This document shows, piece by piece, positions 31,500 to 41,134 of a stretch of 64,000 bases of DNA; the stretch's first letter is position 1; the number at the start of each line of letters is the position of its first letter. The stretch comes from an uncultured cyanobacterium (lineage in GTDB: Bacteria > Cyanobacteriota > Cyanobacteriia > Cyanobacteriales > CAWCAG01). Location of the stretch: positions 352,001 through 416,000 of the forward strand of contig CAWCAG010000009.1 of the NCBI GenBank assembly GCA_963793425.1, written 5' to 3'. The position numbers and the translations under genes were made by a program. The notes below the pieces were generated by a model, which worked only from the letters and a program-made list of their open reading frames with translations, was not told the origin of the DNA and made no database searches.

Positions 31500-31581
31500 G
31501 CATATTCTTGGGTTGATATTTTAATACAGCAGCTTTGAGACGAGGCGATAGATTCTCATCAATTAGGAAACGGACTTTCAT
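31500..31581 (-). pseudogene. DUF5615 PIN-like toxin, 5' fragment
   Basis: MKVRFLIDENLSPRL N-terminal PIN motif; similarity lost at the HIP1 site 31494-31501. Confidence 0.65.
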
Positions 31582-31671
31582 TAAGAGTTTAGACTTTCCT
31601 TTGCTCTTTTTTCTTTTATTGATACTGCGTACATAACTTAAGCTAGCGGAGAAAGATATACAGGTACAATT

Positions 31672-32115
31672 TTGCTAGGTACTACCCTTAACACTTTGGG
31701 GGTAGTTTGCCAAAGGTTAGGCAAATATGAAAATGCGCTCACCTACTATCAACAAGCCTTAGCTATCAGTAAGGAACTAGGTAATCGTTCTGGTGAAGGT
31801 ACTACTCTTAGTAATTTGGGGCTAGTTTACCAAAGCACAGGAAAATATGAGGAGGCGCTCACCTACTATCAACATACCGATAAGTTAGTGGATGAGGCAT
31901 TTAACAAAGACACCTTTGAAGACAATATGGATACCTACACCGTGGTTCACTTCGCCACCCATGCGGCACTAGTTCCCGGTAAACCAGAAGAATCCTTTAT
32001 CCTCTTTGGTAGTGGGGAAACTGTCTCCCTTAAAGAAGTGGATGAAAAATGGAGTATTAATAATGTTGATTTAGTCGTCCTCAGTGCCTACCAAACTGGT
32101 TTAGATGGTTTGTAG
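31672..32115 (+). pseudogene. TPR-CHAT protein remnant with internal deletion
   Basis: Two TPRs (ALTYYQQALAISKELGNRSGEG) joined near 31875 directly to CHAT core VVHFATHA...LVVLSAYQTG (catalytic Cys appears as Tyr), then an early stop. Confidence 0.75.
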
Positions 32116-32228
32116 AGTTATTCCTAAACAACCTAAATACTATAGTTCTCGAGGTGCGATCGCACCTCAAAACAAATATCCTAAACTAGCATTAAATTAA
32201 CTGCCGCATCCTCACGAAAAGAATACTC

Positions 32229-32270
32229 ATACCAGATTTTGGTGAGTGGCATAACTTATCTGTTAGGGTA
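32229..32270 (+). repeat. MITE-like family A partial copy 3
   Basis: ATACCAGATTTTGGTGAGTGGCATAACTTATCTGTTAGGGTA. Confidence 0.6.
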
Positions 32271-32410
32271 GGCAAAAGGCAAAATTAGGGAAGTAGGGAG
32301 ATGGGGAGACTGGGGAAACAGGGAGATAAATCAACTTATTACTTAAAAACCCATAAGCTATAATCAAAAGCTATAAGCTGGCTTTGATTCTGCAACGGAA
32401 AAGTAGTCCT

Positions 32411-32971
32411 ATGGTACAGACACCCACAAAACCCCTAACCTTAGAGGAATTCCTGGAGTTACCAGAGACAAAACCTGCTAGTGAATACATTAAGGGAAAA
32501 GTTATTCAGAAAGTCATGCCCCAGGGAAAGCATAGTATCTTACAAAGAGAGTTAACTTTTGCTCTCACGGTTCAGTTTAGAATAGAGCGAAAGGCACAGG
32601 CTTTCCCTGAATTGCGCTGTACTTTCGGAGGAAAATCTATCATTCCTGATATAGCAGTCTTTCGTGCAGAGCGTATTCCCAGAGAAAGCAGTGGGGATGT
32701 AGCCAATGCGTTTAATTTACATCCAGATTGGACAATAGAAATCCTCTCTCCTAATCAAAGGCAAAGCAAAGTAATTCGTAATCTTCTTCATTGCCTCGAT
32801 TATGGTGCAGAAATGGGTTGGTTAGTAGATCCGGAGGAATTCTGCATCTTTGTTTATAGTGCTGATAAGTCAGTGCAGGTGTTTGAGGGAGAAATGGTGT
32901 TGCCAGTGCCAGAGTTTGCCCAAGGTTTGCAACTTAAGGTAAGTGAAATATTTGCTTGGTTGAAAGAGTAG
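32411..32971 (+). CDS. Uma2 family (DUF820) PD-(D/E)xK endonuclease-like protein
   Basis: LTLEEFLELPETKPASEYI, PDIAV, PDWTIEILSP, GWLVDP. Confidence 0.92.
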   Translation: MVQTPTKPLTLEEFLELPETKPASEYIKGKVIQKVMPQGKHSILQRELTFALTVQFRIERKAQAFPELRCTFGGKSIIPDIAVFRAERIPRESSGDVANAFNLHPDWTIEILSPNQRQSKVIRNLLHCLDYGAEMGWLVDPEEFCIFVYSADKSVQVFEGEMVLPVPEFAQGLQLKVSEIFAWLKE

Positions 32972-32987
32972 TAGTGTTAGGTACAAT

Positions 32988-33028
32988 CCCCTCACAGATA
33001 AGTTATGAAACTTACCAGAATCTGGTAT
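32988..33028 (-). repeat. MITE-like family A partial copy 4 (inverted relative to copy 3)
   Basis: Reverse complement ATACCAGATTCTGGTAAGTTTCATAACTTATCTGTGAGGGG matches 32229-32270. Confidence 0.6.
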
Positions 33029-33235
33029 TAGATTATATTTTGGTAATCGGTTGAAGAGAATTCTTGAATTTTGCATAAAATTGCGCTGCTTCATGAGAAA
33101 TACAAATAGATACTGGTGAAATTCTCAGATGCTCAGATGGGCTTGCGTAAACTTTTGCCACTTATGGCGTTCAGTAAGGACATTTTGTAGTAGTTGAGAT
33201 AATAATTGAGTAAATCCAGATGAGTACCATGAAAT

Positions 33236-34204
33236 ATGAGGGAACCAATACAGATAAGTGATTTACTCAAAAAGTATCAAGAATCTAGACCTGAGAGTGA
33301 GGAGGCTATAGCAATTAAAACAAACATTATCGAAAAGTTATCTACATATTGTTGGTGGAGAAACCAGGAGCTTAAAGAATTATTTACCGCCGAAATTCAA
33401 GCCATCAAATCAGAATTGAAGCAAAAGATTCAAGATTTGTGGGAATTTCAAATCAATCAAACCACCAATTGTTTAGAAATAGCTAAATCTTTAATAGAAG
33501 AAGCCGTTATTTTGAAACAACAATACGAGCAAAAGTTAATTACAGATAACTTTATCAATACTCTAGCCGCCAAAGTTAAACATAGTCCGGAAAATAGTTC
33601 TCAAAGAAGAGTTTATACCCAATGGCTTCTTAAAGCTATGGATACAAAGAATGTTTATAAAAGAGTAGGACTAGGAGCAAATTTTAATTTATCAAGGCGG
33701 GATTACGAAGAGGCGTTTTATGAAGCCAAAAAAGAGTCAATTATTTATACTCTGAAAAGGATTAGTGAATATGATGAAAGCAAAAATTTCATGGCTCTGA
33801 TCAATTACTGGATTGCCATAAAATTCTCTGATGCGGCTGGCCAGATTATCGGGCTTAAAAAGAGTCAATCTCGTAAAGCCCCAGAAGATAAAGTTTTAAT
33901 TAATATTGAAGATCCTACCTCGCGAACCTTTTCTAATCAATCAGGAGACTACGAAGAGAAATTTGCTTGCAACCAAAGGTCAGAAGAACTAAAAACCCTT
34001 GTTAAAGAACACCCGAAGTTGAATAAAAAGATTAGAAAAACTGCGAAGGAAACTTTTGCTGATATTCTAATTGGTCTTTATTGGGAAGGAGAGACTTTTG
34101 AAAATCTTTCCCAAAAATGGAATATTCCTCAAAGCACCATCAGCACTTTCTATTATCGAGAGCGAAGCAAAGTTAAACCCTATTTAAGAGAAATTTTGCA
34201 ATAA
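33236..34204 (+). CDS. Divergent sigma-70/ECF-like protein with C-terminal HTH
   Basis: Region-2-like YEEAF..YTLKRISEYD..FMALINY; C-terminal HTH TFENLSQKWNIPQSTISTFYYR; upstream of DUF1822. Confidence 0.6.
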   Translation: MREPIQISDLLKKYQESRPESEEAIAIKTNIIEKLSTYCWWRNQELKELFTAEIQAIKSELKQKIQDLWEFQINQTTNCLEIAKSLIEEAVILKQQYEQKLITDNFINTLAAKVKHSPENSSQRRVYTQWLLKAMDTKNVYKRVGLGANFNLSRRDYEEAFYEAKKESIIYTLKRISEYDESKNFMALINYWIAIKFSDAAGQIIGLKKSQSRKAPEDKVLINIEDPTSRTFSNQSGDYEEKFACNQRSEELKTLVKEHPKLNKKIRKTAKETFADILIGLYWEGETFENLSQKWNIPQSTISTFYYRERSKVKPYLREILQ

Positions 34205-34224
34205 TTAACTAGGAGCAAAAAGTA

Positions 34225-35202
34225 ATGAATGTCCAGGCAATAACTGATAATTTGACATTTCCTATTGACTTAACAGCTTCTCATCAAGAAGTAGCGAGAA
34301 AGTTGAGTCAAAATAAATTAAGTTCAGCTCTGGCTAAGGAGTTTTACTATAACATTTTGGCAGTATGTCTTGTTAAAGATTATTTAGAACTATTAGGTTA
34401 TGAAACAGATTGGGACAGTAGCGATTTTCATAATCCAGTAATGTCTAGCTTTGCTGATGTAGCAGATTTAGAAGTTAAAAACCACGGTAAGTTAGAATGT
34501 CGCGCCGTTTTTTCAGATGAGGATATTTATGTTCGTCCTGATGCTTGGAAAGACCGTATTGGTTATGTTTTTGTTTGTTTAGATGAATCTCAAAGACAAC
34601 AACATATTATCGGTTTTGTACCTTCAGTGGAAGAGACAGAAGGAGTTATTTCTTTTGATCAATTACGTTCTTTAGAAGATTTTCCGGAATATCTTAGCCA
34701 ACAGGAACAGTACGAAGTTACAACTCAAAGCATTGGTGAAACAATTGAAGAAAAAGTAGTGGTACTAGGACAGTGGTTTAAGGATGCTAAAGCAAGTTTG
34801 CAACAGGGCTGGCAAGATGCGGAAGAGTTGTTGCTGAGACAAACCCAAAGCCTCAGTTATATGACGAGAAATGCTACTGGCACTATTGATAAAGCCAAGT
34901 TGATTGACTTAAAAATCAACTTGGCTAATCGAGGGGTAATGTTAATGATCACGATTACACCACAATCAGAAGAAAGACTAAAAATTCGCGCTCGTTTATA
35001 TCCAGCTTCTGGGCAGAAACACTTGCCATTAAGTTTGAAGTTAGAAATACTTTCTGAAGCAGAAAAATCTCTTAAAGAAGTTACATCTCAATGGAGAGAT
35101 TATTTCATTCAATTACCAGAATTTACTTGCTCACCAGGAGACAAGTTTAAACTTAGGGTTAGCTTAGGGATGGCTAGCTTGACTGAAGAATTTATAGTTT
35201 AA
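34225..35202 (+). CDS. DUF1822 family protein
   Basis: YYNILAV..V..YL, VADLEV...GKLECR, DRIGYVFV, LGQWF, C-terminal LYP..LP..LKL..EEFIV. Confidence 0.82.
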   Translation: MNVQAITDNLTFPIDLTASHQEVARKLSQNKLSSALAKEFYYNILAVCLVKDYLELLGYETDWDSSDFHNPVMSSFADVADLEVKNHGKLECRAVFSDEDIYVRPDAWKDRIGYVFVCLDESQRQQHIIGFVPSVEETEGVISFDQLRSLEDFPEYLSQQEQYEVTTQSIGETIEEKVVVLGQWFKDAKASLQQGWQDAEELLLRQTQSLSYMTRNATGTIDKAKLIDLKINLANRGVMLMITITPQSEERLKIRARLYPASGQKHLPLSLKLEILSEAEKSLKEVTSQWRDYFIQLPEFTCSPGDKFKLRVSLGMASLTEEFIV

Positions 35203-35225
35203 GTTGGTGCAGAGGTATAAATGTC

Positions 35226-37607
35226 ATGAGAAAGATTATTTCTTTGCGCTTAGGAAATGGCAGTTTAGAAGCAGGTTTTTCTAATCTTGTTGTCACTGTT
35301 TATAAAGGTGCTGAATTATTAGAAGAAATAGATATTGGTGGTCTGCCTCCTAACCAGGAAATTCAAACAACTTATCAGAGATGGCAATGGCTCTATCAAG
35401 ATTTTATTGGTCACAGCAGTAGTTTTCTTGGTGGTGATATTGATGAGGGAGGACTTGATTTTAGACCCAGAGTATTAGAATTTTCTAATGATGGTATTGA
35501 AAGAGGCAATCAAGAAAACGCCACAGAATTACCTACTTATTTATTAGAATCACTTAATCAGTGGCTCAATTCTTCAGAATTTAGACCAATTGATCAAGCT
35601 TTACGTACTAATATTAATGTCGAAGATGAAGTTGTTTTAGTAATTCAAACTGATAATGAGATATTAAGAAAATTACCTTGGCAGGAATGGGACTTTTTCA
35701 AGAAGTATCCTCAAGCAGAAGTTGCTTTGAGTGCGCCTCGGTTTTCTTCCAAGCAAAAATCTGCAACTACGGCCGGACAAGTAAGAATTTTAGCAATTAT
35801 TGGAGATTGCCAAAATATAAACCCAGAAGCAGATTTACATACCCTCAGAAATAATCGGCAGGTAGAGTTAGAAATTGTTACTCAACCTTCTCGTCAACAA
35901 ATTTGCGATCGCCTCAGAGATCAACAAGGCTGGGACATTTTATTTTACGCTGGCCATAGTAAGTCTAATGCAGAGAAAGGTTGGATTAGTATTAATGAAA
36001 ATACTAAGCTAGAAATATCTGAGTTAAATGCTGCTTTGCAAGTAGCAATTGAAAATGGTTTACAGTTAGCTATCTTTAATTCTTGTCAAGGATTAGGTTT
36101 AGTTCCGCAATTAGAACTATTAGGAATGCCTCAAGTTATTGTTATGCGCGAACAAGTACAAAATCGCGTTGCTCAAGAATTTCTAGGGGAGTTTATCACT
36201 AACTTTTCTAAGGGGAAATCTTTTTATATTGCGATTAGAAAAGCCAGAGAAAGACTTAAAGATATAGAAGACCAATATTACTGCGCTAGTTGGCTGCCTG
36301 TAGTGTGTCAACATTGGTCTGTTCAACCCCCAACTTGGGAACAATTATGTAATCCTCCTGTGCTATCTCCCCGTGATTTATTACTTCGTAGAGGAGGAGT
36401 AATTACCTTCGGGTTGTTGATAGGAATGTTGGTAGTTGTATTGCGTTTTTTTGGTTTATTCCAAGCTTGGGAATTTAAAGCTTTTGATTGGTTAATGAGG
36501 ATGCGTCCTGATGAAGGAGTAGATTCTCGTTTGTTAGTAGTTGAAGCAACAGAAGAAGATATTAATCGTTTTGGTTATCCTCTTTCTGATGGCATACTTG
36601 CTGAAACTATCGAAGTGATCAAAGAACATCAACCTAATAATATAGGTTTATTTATTCTTCGCGATCGTCCTATCAAATCAGGTCATCAAAAACTACTTGA
36701 TCTTTTACAAAATGATGATAATTTAATTGCTTTGTGTAGTGTCGGCTCAAACAAAGATGACCCAAATAAACCAGGTATTGCTTCACCCTCTGGATTAACT
36801 GAAGAAAGTTTAGGATTTAGTAATATAGTATTAGATAAATTTGATGGAGTTCAACGTCGTAATCTTTTGTTTATGAGTCCTGGTTTGAACAATTCTTGTA
36901 GTACTCGCTTTTCTTTTAGCTTTCAACTTGCTTCAAAATACTTAAGTTCAGTAGGAATAGAACCAGAAACAATCGATAGAAATCGCGTTAAAATTGGTAA
37001 TGCAATATTTGAACGTTTACAGCCCAATAGTGGTGTATATCAAAATTTAGATGATCGTGGTTTTCAAATTTTACTTAATTATCGTAGTTCTGAAAATGCG
37101 GCTCCAACAATTTCTCTTAGTGAGGTATTGGAAAATAAGTTCAATCCTGAATTAATAAAAGGACGTACTGTTATTATTGGTGTAGTTGCCCCAGTATCTA
37201 ATCCTACAGCTTTCTCTTCTACTCCTTATAGTAACGGCGTATTAAACCAAATGCCTGGGGTTTATGTCCAAGCCCAAATGACTAGCCAAATCCTCAGTAC
37301 AGTTTTAGATAAACGCACTTTGTTATGGAATTTACCGTTAACAGGAGAAATACTTTGGGTACTTATTTGGTCTTTAGTAGGGAGTGGAATTACTATTATT
37401 TGTTTAAGGGAATGTAACTCATTTTTACTCTTTATCTACACAGGATTTGGTATTTTAGTTTTATATTTAGTTTGTTTTGGTTTTTTACTGCAAGGAGGAT
37501 GGCTGCCATTAGTACCAGCAGCAATTTCTTTATCAATTAGTAGTGTGGGAGGATGGCTTTTGATGAAAGATTGGCGAGAATTTGGGGAAGTAATAGGTAA
37601 TAGGTAA
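35226..37607 (+). CDS. CHAT (caspase-like) domain + TM + CHASE2 domain protein
   Basis: LPWQEW, LFYAGHS (His), IFNSCQG (Cys), VMRE; CHASE2 DGVQRR, MPGVYVQAQMTSQI; three C-terminal TMs. Confidence 0.87.
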   Translation: MRKIISLRLGNGSLEAGFSNLVVTVYKGAELLEEIDIGGLPPNQEIQTTYQRWQWLYQDFIGHSSSFLGGDIDEGGLDFRPRVLEFSNDGIERGNQENATELPTYLLESLNQWLNSSEFRPIDQALRTNINVEDEVVLVIQTDNEILRKLPWQEWDFFKKYPQAEVALSAPRFSSKQKSATTAGQVRILAIIGDCQNINPEADLHTLRNNRQVELEIVTQPSRQQICDRLRDQQGWDILFYAGHSKSNAEKGWISINENTKLEISELNAALQVAIENGLQLAIFNSCQGLGLVPQLELLGMPQVIVMREQVQNRVAQEFLGEFITNFSKGKSFYIAIRKARERLKDIEDQYYCASWLPVVCQHWSVQPPTWEQLCNPPVLSPRDLLLRRGGVITFGLLIGMLVVVLRFFGLFQAWEFKAFDWLMRMRPDEGVDSRLLVVEATEEDINRFGYPLSDGILAETIEVIKEHQPNNIGLFILRDRPIKSGHQKLLDLLQNDDNLIALCSVGSNKDDPNKPGIASPSGLTEESLGFSNIVLDKFDGVQRRNLLFMSPGLNNSCSTRFSFSFQLASKYLSSVGIEPETIDRNRVKIGNAIFERLQPNSGVYQNLDDRGFQILLNYRSSENAAPTISLSEVLENKFNPELIKGRTVIIGVVAPVSNPTAFSSTPYSNGVLNQMPGVYVQAQMTSQILSTVLDKRTLLWNLPLTGEILWVLIWSLVGSGITIICLRECNSFLLFIYTGFGILVLYLVCFGFLLQGGWLPLVPAAISLSISSVGGWLLMKDWREFGEVIGNR

Positions 37608-38318
37608 ATGGAAAAGATAATAACTTATTTAGCAATTTTGAGCTTGATATTTATTGTAGTGGAAGACTATATAATCAGTCCGGCTGCAAGTCAAAATATT
37701 CCTGGTTATGAACCTCTTGAATATGACCCACCTATTAATGGTCAACCAGAAACTGAGCCTGGTAACACTAGTCGCGGTGATTGTCCTCGTACAGATAAAC
37801 CTTTTACTCCCTTAATACCTCAAAATAATGGGATAAATACTTTAGCAGAATATCCTACTCTTTGGTTTTATTCCCCTTATAAACAGTTTACTTTAAATTT
37901 AGTAATTGAAGACAAAGATAGCAATAATACTGTAGTAAACGAGATTTATGAAATCAAGCAAGGTGAAAGTATTGTCGGTGTTACTTTACCTAAAAATATG
38001 CTAGGTTTAGAAGTAAATCGTACTTATAATTGGCGAGTTAAATTTACTTGTGATCCTTTAGTTGAAGCTTCTGCTGCTGCTGCCAGTGGAGTGATTCAAC
38101 GAGTAACCACAGATGAATATTTAATCACTCATAGTAGTATTAAAGAACGGATTCGTTTGTATGCGAAACAAGGGTTATGGGCTGAAGCAATTACTACGTT
38201 AATAGAAGCCCGTAAGTTCAATCCAGCAGATGAAGAATTACAACAAAACTGGTCAGATTTATTATCAGATTCTGATGTGTTATTAGAAGATTTTGTTTCT
38301 GAACCTTTAGTTGAATAA
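37608..38318 (+). CDS. DUF928 domain secreted protein
   Basis: Signal peptide, SRGDC, PTLWFYSPY, YAKQGLWAEAI, WSDLL; starts immediately after the CHASE2 stop (TAAATG). Confidence 0.85.
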   Translation: MEKIITYLAILSLIFIVVEDYIISPAASQNIPGYEPLEYDPPINGQPETEPGNTSRGDCPRTDKPFTPLIPQNNGINTLAEYPTLWFYSPYKQFTLNLVIEDKDSNNTVVNEIYEIKQGESIVGVTLPKNMLGLEVNRTYNWRVKFTCDPLVEASAAAASGVIQRVTTDEYLITHSSIKERIRLYAKQGLWAEAITTLIEARKFNPADEELQQNWSDLLSDSDVLLEDFVSEPLVE

Positions 38319-38377
38319 AATAAAGTAAAACAAGAGTAACCCTGGGGTACAGCCTGGATTCTGGTTTTTGCTAGTGG

Positions 38378-39391
38378 CTAATAGCTAGTGGCTAGTGGCA
38401 TTACTGCATTTCTTAACAACGCTTTTAACTTCTGCCGCATTAAAATTCCTGGCTTATCACTCATCATATGTTGTTCTAGTTTGAGATCCAAAGGAACGTT
38501 ATAATCAGTGGTTTCTAATATAGCTTTGTCTTCTAGAGTTACTGCACGATCAAAAGCAATTATATCTTCAGCTTTGGTTTCGGTTTCGGTGTCGTTTCGC
38601 AGACAAAATTGAACAATCTGGGAAGTAGAATCATTAATGGGAGTAGCGGTATTGACAATAATATGAACTAAACCGTTAGGATAATTAATTCGTATTTTAG
38701 CAGTAAAAGGTAAATACCAATTCATATCTAAAGTTCGGGTAATTACTTCCTCACTCATTTTTAGGTTTTGCTGCTGCTGTTTAGGGTTAACTACATTCAA
38801 AGTTGCTGTACTATGAATGCCGTATTCTGTTTCTTCAACTTCTATGTCATCGGGGATAGGATGAGCTTCGCTACCAAAAGTAGTAGTATGAACAAAGGTA
38901 GGATGGGCGAGATCAAACTCGTTTTCCATTACCCGCAACCCTGCACAATTCCAAGTTTCATAAAATTCAGGAATGAGACGAAAGTTAGGCTCTTTGGCTT
39001 CAGCTATTTCGGGAATCTTATTAAGAGGTTCTCCTAAACAGACCCAAATATAACTATAATGTTCTTGACAATTATAGGTTTTGATTTGATAGGTTTTAGG
39101 TATCTGGTCACTGTCTTCTAATTGTGGTACTTTTACACAATCCCCCTCACTATTAAACCTCCAACCGTGGTAAGGGCAAACAATATTACCATCTATTACT
39201 TTACCTTGAGAGAGTTGCGCTGAACGATGACAACAGCGATCCTTTGCTGCTATTACTTTGCCTGAATTATTTAACCATAAAACAATTTTTTGCCCCAATA
39301 ATTCAAACTTCTGGGGCTGTTTTAATAAATGCGATCGCGGCATTACAGGATACCAAAATCTTTGAAAAACTGGCTGCTGAGTAACTAACAT
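38378..39391 (-). CDS. Rieske non-heme iron oxygenase alpha subunit (VanA-like)
   Basis: CCHRSAQL..CPYHGW Rieske motif; ENEFDLAHPTFVH; EDKAILE. Confidence 0.9.
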   Translation of the reverse strand: MLVTQQPVFQRFWYPVMPRSHLLKQPQKFELLGQKIVLWLNNSGKVIAAKDRCCHRSAQLSQGKVIDGNIVCPYHGWRFNSEGDCVKVPQLEDSDQIPKTYQIKTYNCQEHYSYIWVCLGEPLNKIPEIAEAKEPNFRLIPEFYETWNCAGLRVMENEFDLAHPTFVHTTTFGSEAHPIPDDIEVEETEYGIHSTATLNVVNPKQQQQNLKMSEEVITRTLDMNWYLPFTAKIRINYPNGLVHIIVNTATPINDSTSQIVQFCLRNDTETETKAEDIIAFDRAVTLEDKAILETTDYNVPLDLKLEQHMMSDKPGILMRQKLKALLRNAVMPLATSY

Positions 39392-39489
39392 CTGTAAATA
39401 ATTGCTAATTGCTAATTGCTAATTGCTAATAGTTAAAGCTTTCACCCCATCTCCCTATCTCCCTAGCTCCCCAGCTCCCCAACTCCCCA

Positions 39490-40242
39490 TCACACTCCAA
39501 TCATACTCAAAACCCTCAAAGCCATTGCCCTCATTTTTTGAGTCTTTGAGAAAATACCAAACAACATTTGTCGTATAAACCAACGTCCTAAACGAGGTAC
39601 AATTAACCGCAGTAACCTTTGGAAACCTTGTTTAAATAACCAAGACATAATAATTGGTACAAAATAGGTAATGGGATCTAAGGTTTGAATTTGTTCTAGA
39701 TTAACTGCACCAAATCCTCCTACGGTTAATAAAGATAGTAACCAAGAAACTCCATTTAATTTATTAGTTATATCTAAGCGTAATTCAGCAATTAAACAGT
39801 TAATCAACCAACAATGAGTGCGAATAATATCTAAGTTAAATCGTGGCGATGCTAAACAATCATTACTGACTTGTTGAATAATATCTCCATCAAGGGAAAT
39901 AAAGCTTCTGATTACTGGCTGAGAAAACTGTTCCTGTTGATAATAAGAAGAAAAAGTCATGCCTGTATTAAAGCTATTTCCTTGCCCAAAAAGAGCATAG
40001 TAACGAAAATTGTTGAGTAATTCTTTGCTAACTTTGATTGTAATAGTACTTGGTGGTACTTCCTTGAATATAGAAATGATTTCTGGATTTAAGTTAAGGT
40101 TAAGACCATAAATAACTTCTTGCTTATTCTCATCTTTCTCTTTAACTACTTGAATATAATCATCCAAAATTAAAGTTGTTAATAGATGGCGATGCTGGAG
40201 TTTGGCTTTGCCTGGGCGCTTTTGAAGAGGATTATTTTTCAC
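39490..40242 (-). CDS. Hypothetical membrane-anchored protein (LDGDI family member 4)
   Basis: RSFISLDGDIIQQV..H motif; two C-terminal hydrophobic segments. Confidence 0.7.
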   Translation of the reverse strand: MKNNPLQKRPGKAKLQHRHLLTTLILDDYIQVVKEKDENKQEVIYGLNLNLNPEIISIFKEVPPSTITIKVSKELLNNFRYYALFGQGNSFNTGMTFSSYYQQEQFSQPVIRSFISLDGDIIQQVSNDCLASPRFNLDIIRTHCWLINCLIAELRLDITNKLNGVSWLLSLLTVGGFGAVNLEQIQTLDPITYFVPIIMSWLFKQGFQRLLRLIVPRLGRWFIRQMLFGIFSKTQKMRAMALRVLSMIGV

Positions 40243-40264
40243 ATCTCAACGCAGAGTCACTACT

Positions 40265-41125
40265 TCAATTTTGATCAGAATTATTGCTACGTCCTAAAAA
40301 ATTTAACCCAGTACCAATACCTTTTTCTAAACCTGTTTGTACTATATCAATCACAAATCCTAATAAACCTCGCCATTCTTTTTCACCATTTTCAACACTA
40401 ATTTTGTGAATTTGCAGAATCAAATCTCGATGGGGATGGTCAAATATTTTATCGGAAAAACGGTTAATAATATCTCCATCAAGCTGAATTACTGTTTGAG
40501 CATAGATAATATCAGTTTTAACAGTATTTTCAATAACTTCCGAAGTTACATAACTTTCATGTTCTGCTGTTTCTTCAATCAAAGAACGGTTACGATTATC
40601 TAAGGCTGTTTTCAGTTCTCCCATTTTACGCAAACAACGCAAGAAACGACTGTCAGCAAACAAACTACGAATATCTGCTTGTGCTTGGATAGTTTCTTGA
40701 TCAAAAGGATTTGGTAATCCTGTAACCATCTCTTCCATTGTTCCATTAGGATCGCTAATCGCCTCAGATTCTCCCTTCATAGAAGCTACTTTTTGAGGAC
40801 TATATAAGCTAGAATCAGGATCACCCAAAAGAGAAATATAGTTAAGTTCGAGTTCTTTTCGTAATTCCATATAAGGTTCCCACAAAGATTGATGAACCTC
40901 ATGTTGTTTTAAGTAGCTACGATCAATGGCGTAAATATCTTGGTAAGTTTTCCAAGGCATAAACTTGTCACCACTGATGTGGTCAACTACCATAGTATTA
41001 ACTTCTAATGCCGTAATATCTGTAAGGACATTACCCATGGAGGCAACAAAATCATTGAGACTTTTTTGTAGACTAAAACGGTAAGTCTCGTCCTCATTAA
41101 TAGTTCCCTTAATTTCATTTGTCAT
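40265..41125 (-). CDS. Hypothetical protein (LDGDI family member 3)
   Basis: LEVNTMV...AQTVIQLDGDIINRF..H..SVENG. Confidence 0.75.
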   Translation of the reverse strand: MTNEIKGTINEDETYRFSLQKSLNDFVASMGNVLTDITALEVNTMVVDHISGDKFMPWKTYQDIYAIDRSYLKQHEVHQSLWEPYMELRKELELNYISLLGDPDSSLYSPQKVASMKGESEAISDPNGTMEEMVTGLPNPFDQETIQAQADIRSLFADSRFLRCLRKMGELKTALDNRNRSLIEETAEHESYVTSEVIENTVKTDIIYAQTVIQLDGDIINRFSDKIFDHPHRDLILQIHKISVENGEKEWRGLLGFVIDIVQTGLEKGIGTGLNFLGRSNNSDQN

Positions 41126-41134
41126 TTGTGCTTT

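Noticed and set aside
32185..32230. Minus-strand stretch EYSFREDAAVNLMLV* as a gene remnant
   Set aside because: Too short to assign to any family by eye.
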